The notes beneath the pieces are model-generated. The model ran no database searches and was not told the origin of the DNA. It saw only the letters and a list, made by a program, of their open reading frames with translations. Below, piece after piece: positions 1 to 11,168 of a DNA stretch of 64,000 bases. Each line of letters opens with the position of its first letter. Position 1 is the stretch's first letter. The translations under genes were made by a program, and so were the position numbers. The stretch comes from Octopus sinensis (lineage: Eukaryota): contig NC_043011.1 of NCBI RefSeq assembly GCF_006345805.1, positions 20,162,464 to 20,226,463 on the forward strand, written 5' to 3'.

Positions 1-763
1 TTCTTTACACGCACAAATGTATAATTTAGATGAACTAATAAACTAATGTGATAAATCGGTGTTTCTAATTGAATTATCCGTAATGTTTCATGAAAGTGAA
101 GACAGAACAGTCAATATTAGAGGGAAGGGAATATATATTTTTGTATAGAATTTGAGCCAAATTGATCTTCTTTAAATATATGTGTGTGCATGGATGCGTG
201 TGTATGTCAGAGCGTGTGTGTGTGTTTGTGTGTGTATTTGCGTGCGTGTGTGTGTGTGTGAGCTGCAGGAAATGCGAGTTGTTGGAGACAGTGCCACCTG
301 ACTGCGGAAAATGTTTTGTAAGAAAGGAGAATGTCATATTCAATCTTGGACACTACAAGAAAGTTGTATCTTTAATGTCTGTATTTGTATATACGTGTGT
401 ATGTATGTATGTACGTTTGTGCACATGTATGTATGTGGATATGTTTGGACGTATGTGTGTGTAAGCTTGGGTCAAAGTATGTATCTATATATATTTCTTA
501 ACTGCCCACAAGAAACCCTGTATATTTATGATGCTGCTGTTGTTGTTAGGGGTACTGCCATTGCTGTCGTTGTATGTATCTATATAGACGTACATCTATG
601 TATGTATGTGTCGTGGCGGACGCCCCCAGGTGAGAAGTGTGCTTGTCCGCTACTAACAAATTGTGCATTGACACAGTTAGTAGTGTCAGTCACTGAGCTA
701 TTTTTGGTGTTTTTTTAAATCATTTTTGATCCCTGTGAGTTAAATTTAGACAAGAAGCAGTGG

Positions 764-1780
764 ATGGAGAGCGAACCAGTTCTATCCGGCAGCTATGCTT
801 CAGCCACTGGAAGAAGTTTGACAGCTGACGTGTTGCATGTACGAGAGATGAAGATAGAGCAGAGGAAGTTGAAGGAGTTCAATAGACGCATAGAGAAAGA
901 CGGAACCAGTTTGAGGTTGACACCGTCAGAAAATTTAGCAGCGAGCGTGATGAAGCGAACAGCAGTGTATAGAACGCTGTCCACAACTTCGAAAAAAATA
1001 GAAATAGCTACAGTAGAGGCGATAGAGGAATACTCCACCTCATACGCTACTTCTTAGAGAGGGTGGATAAATTCTCTGGCAAAGGTGGGACACTGGTGCA
1101 TTTAGACCAATCTAAAGCATTTGATAGGGCCGACCATCGGTATCTTGCGACGGCTTTCGAGGCGGCCGGGCTAGGCCCGACTTCCCGTGGCTGGATCACT
1201 GCTTTGTACAGCAACATCGAGTCTGCCGTCTAGGTGAATGGTTTCTTCTCGAAACCGTTCAATATTGAGCGCTCGGTTCACCAGGGATGTCCTTTGTCTC
1301 TGCCTTCGTATGTGCTGGCTTTTGAGACATTACTGCGAAGGGTGGAGGCGGTAGAGGGCGTTTTGCATGATCTATGGGGCAGAAGAACAGCTACTGCGTA
1401 CGCAGATGACATCACCATCATCGTATCCGATGAAGGGCAGCTACATACTATAGGAACCGCCATCAAAGAATACGAATCGGTGGCAGGAGCAGCTATTAAT
1501 CAGGACAAGTCAGGCGGCTTGCAACTCGGCACCCGGAGGAGCAAGTCGATGCTACCCAATAACATCGTGGGACATTGGACTGAAGGTCCGATTAAGTTGC
1601 TTGGGTCTGGTTCGGTACAGACCTTCAGATAGAAAAGAATTAGAGCGAGGTTACAGGCTGGGTGAGCGCCCTAATCCGGATCTGATCTGGAAGGTGTTAT
1701 CTCTGCTATGAAGGGCGAAAGGAGAACGTATGTTTGTAGCATCCGTTATCACCTACCGCCTGACTGTCGTGTTTTGCCCC
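764..1780 (+). mobile_element. Internally deleted L1/Tx1-clade LINE: ORF1 N-terminus (764-~1040) joined directly to a decayed RT segment (~1050-1780)
   Basis: 764..1057 (SYASATGRSLTADVLHVREMKIEQRKLKEFNRRIEKDGTSLRLTP...VYRT) aligns by eye with ORF1b at 34946 (TYAGVATTKSDESLRIKEVFFRKEQLKEYEKYVKREGDSVKLVP...TYRT). It is followed by LVHLDQSKAFDR, SVHQGCPLS, AYADDITII and LQLGT...WTEGPIKLLG, matching ORF2 at 39987-41729. Stops and frameshifts are present. Confidence 0.85.
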
Positions 1781-2240
1781 GATTTGTGACTGGTCCCGTT
1801 TACTTGAACATGCTGCAACAGTCTGTCGTATCAAGTATTAGAGAAGTCTTTGAAGATGAGGAATTTTATTTTCAGCAAGATGGAACACCCTCATACTACC
1901 ATCGGGATCTTAGATCCTTCCTTGATGCGATTTTGTCAAATAGAGCGATTGGAGGAAGGGGGTTCGTTAAATACCTCCTGCGTTCACCAGACCTCATTCC
2001 ACTAGACATTTTTTATGGGTTACCTAAAATACAAAGTCTACGCTATGAAACATGCAACAGTCGCTGATTTGAGAGCAGCCATTGAACGATAATGCACAAA
2101 AATAACAAACGAATTATTTCGTGATATTTGCGATTCCATTGCTTCGCTTTGTCAGAAGTGCCTGGACCAGAACGGACGTTAGTTTGAAAATAACCATTGA
2201 GAAATCAATAAAATAATGTCTGTAGATTCTATTAAACTTT
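1781..2240 (+). mobile_element. Tc1/mariner transposase C-terminal remnant
   Basis: [11 protein letters not shown]...[12 protein letters not shown]...[11 protein letters not shown] matches the QQDGAP and SPDL(N/T)PLD motifs of DDE/D transposases. Confidence 0.8.
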
Positions 2241-2318
2241 GAAAATGAAATATATTTTAATAAACACCTATATTACAATTATTTATAGTGGTTACAGCCT
2301 CTACACAAACACACATAC

Positions 2319-2379
<61 letters not shown>

Positions 2380-2386
<7 letters not shown>

Positions 2387-2585
2387 ATATCGCGTTTTTT
2401 TCCCTCTGTTCGCCCACATCGGGATCTTTCTTTCTTCTTTCTTCCTTCTCTTATGTTTCCGACGAAGAGCTCCGCTCGAAACGTCATACCCTCCTTCTTC
2501 CATTTTTCCTGAGCGCCTAATAATAATACTTTAATTGTTCCACGTGTTGTTGTTTTTTCTGTTTTCCCGTTTGGATTAACCTTAT
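2380..2585 (+). mobile_element. Penelope-like pLTR remnant with minimal hammerhead-like core, between (TA)n tracts
   Basis: CCGACGA-A-GAGC-TCC-GCTC-GAAAC-GTC-A at ~2459-2485 is the typical PLE hammerhead layout, with U4 changed to C. Confidence 0.6.
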
Positions 2586-2587
2586 AT

Positions 2588-2639
<52 letters not shown>

Positions 2640-2640
2640 T

Positions 2641-2790
2641 ATGACGGACTACTTTCAGGTTCCGTCTACCAAATCCACTCACAAGTCTTTGGTTGGCTCT
2701 GAGCTATTGTAGAAGGCACCCAAGTTTCCGCGCAGTGAAACTGAACCATGTGTTTGAGAAGCAAGCGTCTTACCACATAGCTACCTTTGC
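2641..2790 (-). mobile_element. tRNA-derived SINE family A, decayed 5' part
   Basis: Reverse complement matches the head of the copies at 4282 and 59440 (TTCCGTCTACCAAATCCACTCACAAG). Confidence 0.75.
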
Positions 2791-2808
2791 ACACTCTCTC
2801 TCTCTTAG

Positions 2809-3124
2809 ACTCCGCCGGTTACGACGACGAGGGTCCCAGCTGATACGATCAACGGAACAGCTTACTCGTGAAATTAACGTGCAAATGGCTGAGCATTCCA
2901 CAGACACGTGTACCCTTAACGTAGTTCTCGGGGATAATCAGCGTGACACAGAGAGTGACAAGGCTGACCCTTTGAAATACAAGTACAACTCATTTTTGCC
3001 AGCTGAGTGGACTGCAGCAACGTGAAATAAAGTATCTTGCTCAAGGACACAACGCGTCGCCGGGAATCGAACTCACAACCTTACGATCATGAGCCGAATG
3101 CCCTAACCACTAAGCCACGCGCCC
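2809..3124 (-). mobile_element. tRNA-derived SINE family B
   Basis: Minus-strand head GGCGCGTGGCTTAGTGGTTAGG...GAGTTCGATTCCC carries A and B boxes. The body is shared with 7330-7692. Confidence 0.85.
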
Positions 3125-3556
3125 TCACCCTTTGCACACTACACTATTTCAAACGTACCGAGATTAATAGCTCGGAATATTAGAATTTTAATATTCTAGC
3201 CGAGCACCAAAACAGACAGCTAGCCATTTGATTAGCAATATTTTATTCATCTTTCAAAAGCCACCGGATTTTCGCTTTGCTGCATTCATGGTTTGAGTGA
3301 GTGTAAGTTTTGTGTGATTATGTAGAATTTCTTTGTAAGGCATAAAGGTTACACGCTAAATAAGAGAAATCAGTCCATACCACACAGCAGACGCCAACAC
3401 AAATTCATCTTCAAGAAATGGACTAAAATGCAAGCAAGCTTTAAAAACGGCGCAGATGCAACAACAGCTCAAACGCGTCACAGAAGTAACATTTGCATCC
3501 CCAAGAAACGAGCCACAAAATGCCATCTGAAATTAGAATTACAATACATCACACAA

Positions 3557-3604
<48 letters not shown>

Positions 3605-3817
3605 ATACACACACATACACACACACACGCACATACATATAAAAAGGCTTGACCAAATAGAAAAAACAGACACATATACACACCTACAAACAAATGGAAA
3701 TATATTAAGAGTATTATCCAGTTATAAATAGTTGCTACAAGAGAACATATGAATAAAATATACACACACCACAAAGTTTAAAGCTCCTTTAGTCTGAACC
3801 AAACAAAATTCGCAATT

Positions 3818-3851
<34 letters not shown>

Positions 3852-4281
3852 AACGAGCATAGAGACATAAAAAAGTCCCCATAAAAAAGGCACGTAACTA
3901 TGAATTTTAATAGCAACACGCATGAAATAGAGTTAAACAGTTCTCAATACGAATTTCTAACCACACAATCTACTTCTAAGAAAAAAATAAAAAGAATTGA
4001 ACAAAGATACACACACATTTACATACACATGTCTTTGGCAAACCCATAAATAATTCTTCTCTAGATTTGCATATAAATGAGCAAATAAACAAATCGTAAT
4101 GGTATAAGCCAAGTTCAACATGAAACAGTAAAAATAGAAACGACAAAGCAAAACACAAGCGACAAAACAAACAACCAAATCACTACGAACCCCACAAAAA
4201 CTATTTAGTGATAAAAACATTCGGCAAATAACACAGCTAATGAAGAAGCACAAACATAACAGCCAGCAGACATTGCAAAGA

Positions 4282-4690
4282 AGGAGTGGCTGTGTGGTAA
4301 GTAGCTTGCTTAACAACCACATGGTTCAGGGTTCAGTCTCACTACGTGGCACTTTGGGCAAGTGTCTTGTACTATAGCCTCGGGTCGGCCAAAGCCTTGT
4401 GAGTGGATTTGGTAGAGGGAAACTGAAAGAAGCCCGTCGTATATATGTATATTTACATATTGGCATGTGTGTATATATGTTTGTGTCTGTGCTTGTCCCC
4501 CCCAACATCGCTTGACAACCGATGATGGTGTGTTTACGTCCGCTGTAAATTAGCGGTTCGGCAAAAGAGACCGATAGAATAAGTACTATGCTTATAATAA
4601 GTCATGGGATCGATTTGCTCGACTAAAGGCAGTGCTGCTGCATGGCCACAGTCACATGACTGAAACAAGTAAAAGAGCAAAAGAGTAAAG
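4282..4690 (+). mobile_element. tRNA-derived SINE family A, near full length
   Basis: Head GGAGTGGCTGTGTGGTAAGTAGCTTGC...GGTTCAG, internal GT/TA tract and tail GAAACAAGTAAAAGAG. Similar to 19873-20285 and 59440-59844. Confidence 0.85.
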
Positions 4691-5024
4691 CCATCAATGG
4701 ACAGAACCAAAAGGTCGTACCCATATCAGCTATATAAATAAAGAATCACACCAAGTTCCACCGGTAGGTTTGGAGGACCGTAGTGATGTGTAATTCGTAT
4801 CGTGAAAGGTTAGGTTGTACGGAAAGGTCGGGCCGATTTATAGCAGCTTATATTCCGACTTATTTTAGAACATGGTTGAGTCCATAAAATAGGATATGAC
4901 CACACCTCCATTTAGAGCACGGTATAAGCTATCTTTTCATGGAAGAAGGTTTATTTATTTCTTTACTTTTCATGGAAGAAGGTTTATGTTCCTATAACCT
5001 GTGTTAATCCTGTAACCCTTTAAA

Positions 5025-5240
5025 ATGGAAGATAAGAAAGTTCATTTTCGGCACTTGATGCTTTTCTTTTTCTGTAAAGGGAAAAATAGCTCACAAGCAA
5101 CCAAAGAAATATGCACAGTTTACGGTGATGTTTCTTTATCGTTCGCAAGGTTCCGAGCTGGAGATTGTAGCCTACTTGATAAAGAGCGATCAGGCAGACC
5201 ATCCACTACAGATGATGACCAAATCAAGTCATTAAGTCAT
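5025..5240 (+). mobile_element. Mariner transposase N-terminal HTH remnant
   Basis: MEDKKVHFRHLMLFFF.KGKNSSQATKEICTVYGD...ARFRAGDCSLLDKERSGRPSTTDDDQIK is a Mos1/Hsmar1-type N-terminus. Confidence 0.85.
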
Positions 5241-5381
5241 AAGTTAAGTGCTTTCTGGTGGCTATGAGTGGTTTTGACTCTTATTTCTAGCAATGCTGAT
5301 GCTAACTAGTCCCCTTTAATCACTTTAGTGACATCTATACTTCTGCCTTTCGGTTGTAAATTGCAAAGAAGCGACCTTTAT

Positions 5382-5441
<60 letters not shown>

Positions 5442-5442
<1 letters not shown>

Positions 5443-5660
5443 CGGGAAGCTTTATGAAAATAAACAAAAGACGAAGGCGGGTGGATTACAAACAAACAAT
5501 TGTATTAGTATGGCGCTCAGGAATATAAATAAACCAAGTCTTTTACGTTTCGAGCCTACGCTCTTCAACAGAAAGATACACAGAAAAGAAACACGGAGAG
5601 AGACAAGGAGAGAAAAAAAAAATGCGTGCATAAGCTAGCGAATCAACATGGCGATCTGGG
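5442..5660 (-). mobile_element. Penelope-derived short repeat (copy 1 of 6) with hammerhead-like core
   Basis: Minus strand 5540-5575 reads CTTT-CTGTTGA-A-GAGC-GTAG-GCTC-GAAAC-GTA-AAAG. The copy abuts a (TA)n tract. Confidence 0.7.
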
Positions 5661-6295
5661 ATATATATTATAAAGGGTTCTGGAGAGAATCGGGCACCAG
5701 GTTGGGTTTATTTTAACCTGTAAGCATCTCCTTTAGTTGGATCAATGTACCGGGTATGGAAGTGATCCAGCGAGATATTTGATATATACACACAGAGAAA
5801 ATCCACCGATATGAGTATTTAACGCCTAGAGGCTGGTCCAAATCATGCGTTGTGTAGATCACACGGCGTTTGGTATATTCTAGGAAGTCCGACAGTTTGT
5901 GAATCCCTTTGATTTATTATTAGCAAAGAAAAAATAGCAAACAATGGTTAAATGTTCATTACAGCTGTTTCTTACGCTTTTTTTTTATTTGAGGAGTGAG
6001 TACATTACATTATAGTAAGAAGAAACTGTATGATCTTATAATTTCAAAACAATGAAACAATCCATGCGCGCTGTGGGAACACGTTTTTACGCCAGCTGAT
6101 GCCGGCTTGCAAATCGGAATAAAAGCAGGACTATTAAAGAAATGGAAGTGTATTATGAATTTAGTTAGTGAGTGAGGGCGAGATGAAATTTATGGCCACC
6201 AACCTAGGTAGTGGCCGGTCAGGATGTAACTTGGAGTCAATTAAGTGGTTCGTTATCAACGACTAAGTTGAAATGTAGGTAATAATATATATATA

Positions 6296-6329
<34 letters not shown>

Positions 6330-6877
6330 CAACAATTGAGGGTAAAATTAATTAATTAATCAATTTCACCAAGTGTTCAGTATGTAAAAGGACCATTTAA
6401 GGCGAATTCAAAATATTACATTATATAATTAGGGCTTAGTAAAATAAATTACTTTGCCACATACTGAACTTAGTAGAAATAGCAGCCAAAAAAATTTTTC
6501 TTAGCATTTCTACTACTCAAAGAAAATTTCTCTCAGATAATGTTTACTCCAGACAGCTCACGAAGGTTTGGAGGTAAATACAGAAAAATATCACAAGTAC
6601 ATAGATCGTTTGAGTACGTCAACGTTTCAAGATTAGCCAAATAAAATCAGCATTTCTTTCGTCAGCTCAAAATTTCTTAATTTGGATTTGGAAACACTAA
6701 AAAGAAGGAACTTTACCTATCAGCGAACTTGTCGCTTCAGATGAACCACTCCAACTAACAGTGTCAACAAATTCAAAATGCGCAGGCGTAAATCTCTGCA
6801 CTCTGCACTCCCCATTCCACCCACGTGGTCTATCTAGCAAACATTATATTTTAACCGCGAGAACCGTATACATATAT

Positions 6878-7044
6878 ACGACGGGCTTCTTTCAGTTTCC
6901 GTCTACCAAATCCACTCACAAGGCTTTGGTCGGCCCGAGGCTATAGTAGAAGGCACTTGCGCAAGGTGCCACGCAGTGGGACTGAACCCAGAACCATGTG
7001 GCTGGTAAACAAGCTACTTACCACACAGCCACAATCCTGCGCCT
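6878..7044 (-). mobile_element. tRNA-derived SINE family A, 5' half
   Basis: Reverse complement of the head of 59440-59600. Confidence 0.85.
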
Positions 7045-7329
7045 ATATAGATATACATATATTATGTATTTTACTGGTATTCGTTTTATTACCCTGAGGT
7101 TAGAGAGATGGATAGCTAGATGTGAAGTCGCAAGAGGAAGGAAACTTCAGGCAGTTAAGTACAGATATGGAGGTAGCACAACCTTGTTAAAGATTAAGAT
7201 TTGAAGAGAGATATCATTCAGAATTTAGGGTTATTGAAGCGGGGGTTTGATTTGAACTTAGATGATTAGATCTAATAATTTTAGAATAGTAGTATCTTGT
7301 GCGAATGTTTTATCCTGGTAAAGCAATGG

Positions 7330-7692
7330 AAGCACTCCGTCGGTTACGACGACGAGGGTTCCGGTCGATCCGATCAACGGAACAGCCTGCTCATGAAATT
7401 AACGTGTAAGTGGCTGAGCACTCCACAGACACGTGTACCCTTAACGTAGTTCTCGGGGATATTCAGCATGACACAGAGAGTGACAAGGCCGGCCCTTTGA
7501 AATACAGGTACAACAGAAACAGGAAGTAAGAGTGAGAGAAAGTTGTGGTGAAAGAGTACAGCAGGGATCACCACCATCCCTGCCGGAGCCTCGTGGAGCT
7601 TTAGGTGTTTTTGCTCAATAAACACTCACAACGCCCGGTCTGGGAATCGAAACCGCGAGTCCGCTGCCCTAAGCACTGGGCCATTGCGCCTC
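7330..7692 (-). mobile_element. tRNA-derived SINE family B
   Basis: Shares the body GGTTACGACGACGAGGG...GATCAACGGAACAGC...ACACGTGTACCCTTAACGTAGTTCTC with 2809-3124. A tRNA-like head lies at the right end. Confidence 0.85.
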
Positions 7693-8220
7693 CATGGTAA
7701 AGGAATATAAGATAGGAGGCTGAATAAAAATACAAATACAATAAAGGTGATATACAAATATGCTTGAGAGAGAAAGAAGTATGTACCTGAAAAAGAATTG
7801 TTCTTATTATAAGTAGTGTGTACGAAAAAAACGAGTAGTATTATTACATTATAGAGATCGAATAATAGAAAATACGAAATATATATCACCTAAAAATAGA
7901 ATGAAGAAAGAGTACCAGATCAAATATCGTAGTAAGCTACGGGGTATCCAGTTATCTATTAGTTAACTTTGTAGTTTGTTTAATGGTTGTCGTGAGCATT
8001 ATTAGTTAATTTGAATGTATACACAGCTATTGTATTCGTTAAATGTTTTTGTATACCAGGAACAAAATAGTGATAGGTAAATTGGTTCAGATAATATGTT
8101 CGTTCATTATCATGTTCGTTATCATTATCAGCACAAACCATAGTTACTCGGTAGAAAGTTTACTTGTGAATATAAGTGGACAGTGGAGAATCTCGCTGGA
8201 GTATACAGGCTGCAATCTAA

Positions 8221-8705
8221 GGCGGCGAGCTGGCAGAAACGTTAGAGCGCCAGGCGAAATGCTTAGCGGTCTTTAGTCTGTCGCTACGTTCTGAGTTCAA
8301 ATTCCGCCGAGGTCGACTTTGCCTTTCCTCCTTTCGGGGTCGATTAAATAAGTACCAGTTACGCACTGGGGTCGATGTAATCGACTTAATCCGTTTCTCT
8401 GTCCATGTTTGTCCTCTCTGTGTTTAGCCCCTTGTGGGTAGTAAAGAAATAGGTATTTTGTCTGTCTTTAGGTTAAGTTCAAATTCCACCGAGGTCGACT
8501 TTGCCTTTCATCCTTTCGGGTCGATAAATTAAGTACCAGTTACGCACTGGGGTCAATGTAATCGACTTAATCCCTTTGTCTATCCTTGTTTGTCCCCTCT
8601 ATGTTTAACTCCCTGTGAGCAATAAAGAAATAAGAAACATTAGTACGTTGGGCGAAATGCTTAGCGGTATTTCGTATGTCTTTACATTCTGAGTTCAAAT
8701 TCCGC
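8221..8705 (+). mobile_element. SINE family C, head-to-tail concatemer (one full unit, one 5'-truncated unit, one partial unit)
   Basis: Head GGCGGCGAGCTGGCAGAAACGTTAG, core GACTTTGCCTTTCATCCTTTCGGGGTCGAT, tail GTTTAGCCCCTTGTGGGTAGTAAAGAAAT. Units restart at 8452 and ~8634. Confidence 0.9.
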
Positions 8706-9365
8706 TGCATGATTTGCTTTCGACCACTTAATCTTTGGCTTCTTCACGCCTATCTCTTTTTTTAGCTGTTCTGATTCAACTACAGAATGACTCTTGCTAT
8801 GGTTTCTTTCCAGGAGGTTCTGGTCAAACGTCTTCTGGCTTTTCAACCCCGGCTGTTGAATCACTTTCTTCTGACACACCTTCCCTCGGTGAATTCTAAG
8901 CCCGATGTAACTAGAAAACACCTTCTGCAGCAGCTGAACGCCTCATCTCCCTTTCCTTTACCACTTCTTTTCTCGTTGTCCATTTCTGGTCCGGGTCCAT
9001 TCCTTTTTCTGTTCATACTTGATCCTTTATTCTATCCCCACCCGTGCTCCGGTATCATGGAGGAATGGTTCATCATGCTTACTTGTTGCAACTTTACCCC
9101 GGATCGGGCTGCAAGCCCATTTGATCCTTTGTTAAACAGTCGTACACTCAAGCGTCTCTCCGCCTTGTCATCCCACTTTCTGGATTGTCAGCAAGTTTTT
9201 CCCTGCAGTCAGTATCTGAGGAATTCCAACCAGTATCTGAGGAATTCCAACAGCTCCTTTATAGGAACCAGTGGCTAAAGACAGCATCAGGTGGAAGCAC
9301 GTCCGGTTTCAGCTCCTACTCCTTTACCGTTTTCAACGTGGCGGCCACCCCGCCTTCGGATATGT
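8706..9365 (-). mobile_element. 5' fragment of a HERO-like (restriction-like-endonuclease) non-LTR retrotransposon
   Basis: Minus strand encodes a decayed C2H2-like motif (C..C..F.SY.GLRIHRGKVC) followed by NHSKSH...KPKIKWSKAN. This recalls HERO N-termini (GLKIHQ..MKC...IKWP.AN), from memory. Confidence 0.5.
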
Positions 9366-9671
9366 CTATTTTGCTTTTATTTTTATTCACTTATTTCGGA
9401 TGTGTCTATTTTTATTTTTACCTTTATACACTTATTTCCCTTTATACTTCCTCTATCAAGTCTTTTCCAAAATAACTCATTATACTGAATTCTACTATTT
9501 CCCTCTAGTTAACTATCTCATATCGTCTCTAATGAAGGGATATCCCTAATATCCCAGACAGAGCTGTAAGCCTTTCTCTTTATAAACGTCATATAAATTC
9601 CACACAGAATTGGTTTTGTTGTCTAATTTTATTTAACATATATAAATATATATATATATTTCTATATATAT

Positions 9672-9828
9672 AGGGAAAGTTTATGAAAAAAACGAAAGAC
9701 GAAGACAGGTGGTGTACAAAACAAACAGATGTATTAGTATAACACTCAGGAATAGAAAAAGTATTTTACGTTTCAAGCCTACGCTCTTCTACAGAAAGGG
9801 ACACAGAAAAAACAAGGAGAGAAAAAAT

Positions 9829-9830
<2 letters not shown>
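9672..9830 (-). mobile_element. Penelope-derived short repeat (copy 2 of 6)
   Basis: Same sequence as 5442-5660 and 58714-58915. Confidence 0.7.
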
Positions 9831-9865
<35 letters not shown>

Positions 9866-10214
9866 GGTTTCTTTTTCGGAAAATGCACCTGTTGAAGACT
9901 AGTACGGAACACGATAATTTTCGCTCAAAACATGATTAGTACGACAAACAAAACACAAGTAAAATAACATAGCACTCACTACTTTTTGAGATAATCAGTA
10001 CTTTCTTAAGCTTGTAAATGAATGCCTTATTCACACTAGCATGCAAGAATATGGATGTGTGCATGTGCGTGTGTATATATAACCAGTGACCACACACATA
10101 TAACGCTTACTTTGAGTTCAATGACTAGTTGCTGGTAAAACAACATGACTAGCTGAACAAAAGGACGTTGAAAAATGATAATAGTTATGATAAACAACCT
10201 TGCGTGGATAAGAG

Positions 10215-10396
10215 AGAATAAAGTAGTTGCAGCAGCAGTAGTAGTAGTAGTGGTGCTGGTGGTGGTAGAGGTAGTAGTAGTAGTAGTAGTAGTGGTGGGG
10301 GTAGTAGTAGTAGTAGTAGTAGTAGTAGTTTGTGATGGTGGTAGTAGTAGTGATAATAGTAGTAGTGGTGGTGGTGTTAGTAGTAGTAGTAGTAGT

Positions 10397-10431
<35 letters not shown>

Positions 10432-10439
10432 TAGTAGTT

Positions 10440-10479
<40 letters not shown>

Positions 10480-10486
10480 CAGTAGT
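10215..10486. repeat. (GTA)n/(GCA)n/(GTG)n compound microsatellite
   Basis: Seen directly. Confidence 0.95.
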
Positions 10487-11133
10487 TAATTAGAACATTG
10501 TATGGAAGATGAAAGAGGTGAGAGACGATGGAAATAGTAGAGAAGTTATTGAAGAACATGAAGAATAATAGTATGATGGTGAAAATCGACTGAAGATGAG
10601 TGGAATCGGACTCCTCTCACTTGTTTGGGATAATGCTAGAATAGAGCTTGTTTATTTTTAATCAGGCTAACGTTATGATCGCATTTGTTGTAAGACAATG
10701 AGACCATTCCTTGCATTCAAAAACACTCACACACACGGACACACAGAGATATGCACGTATGTACATGCATACATAAAAACACACACATGCACACACATAC
10801 ATATATGCCTGTATGTATATTTGTATGTGTGTGTATATGTATAAATATAACTTATAAACAAGGGCGAAAGAAAAAATATTTCTATACCAATACGCTGATA
10901 ACAGACTTTAAATCGACAACGTCCACATTTCATTATACATTCGCTATAAATACACGTTGTGCTGAAATCGAGGAAAGCTAGCCAACAGAAGTTTTTTAAA
11001 AAGTTCGTTATTTCCATACTGAATCAATTTCGGGACTAATCCTAAGGATTCTTCCCTCTTCAGTAGAAAATACGCTAAGAAATAAATGAAATAATTATAC
11101 GCGCCCATGGAAATATATATATAAATTAACATA

Positions 11134-11168
<35 letters not shown>

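Noticed and set aside
3060-3124. tRNA-like sequences here and at 15062, 59440 and elsewhere
   Set aside because: They have A/B boxes but no complete cloverleaf and run into repeated SINE bodies, so they are called SINE heads rather than tRNA genes.
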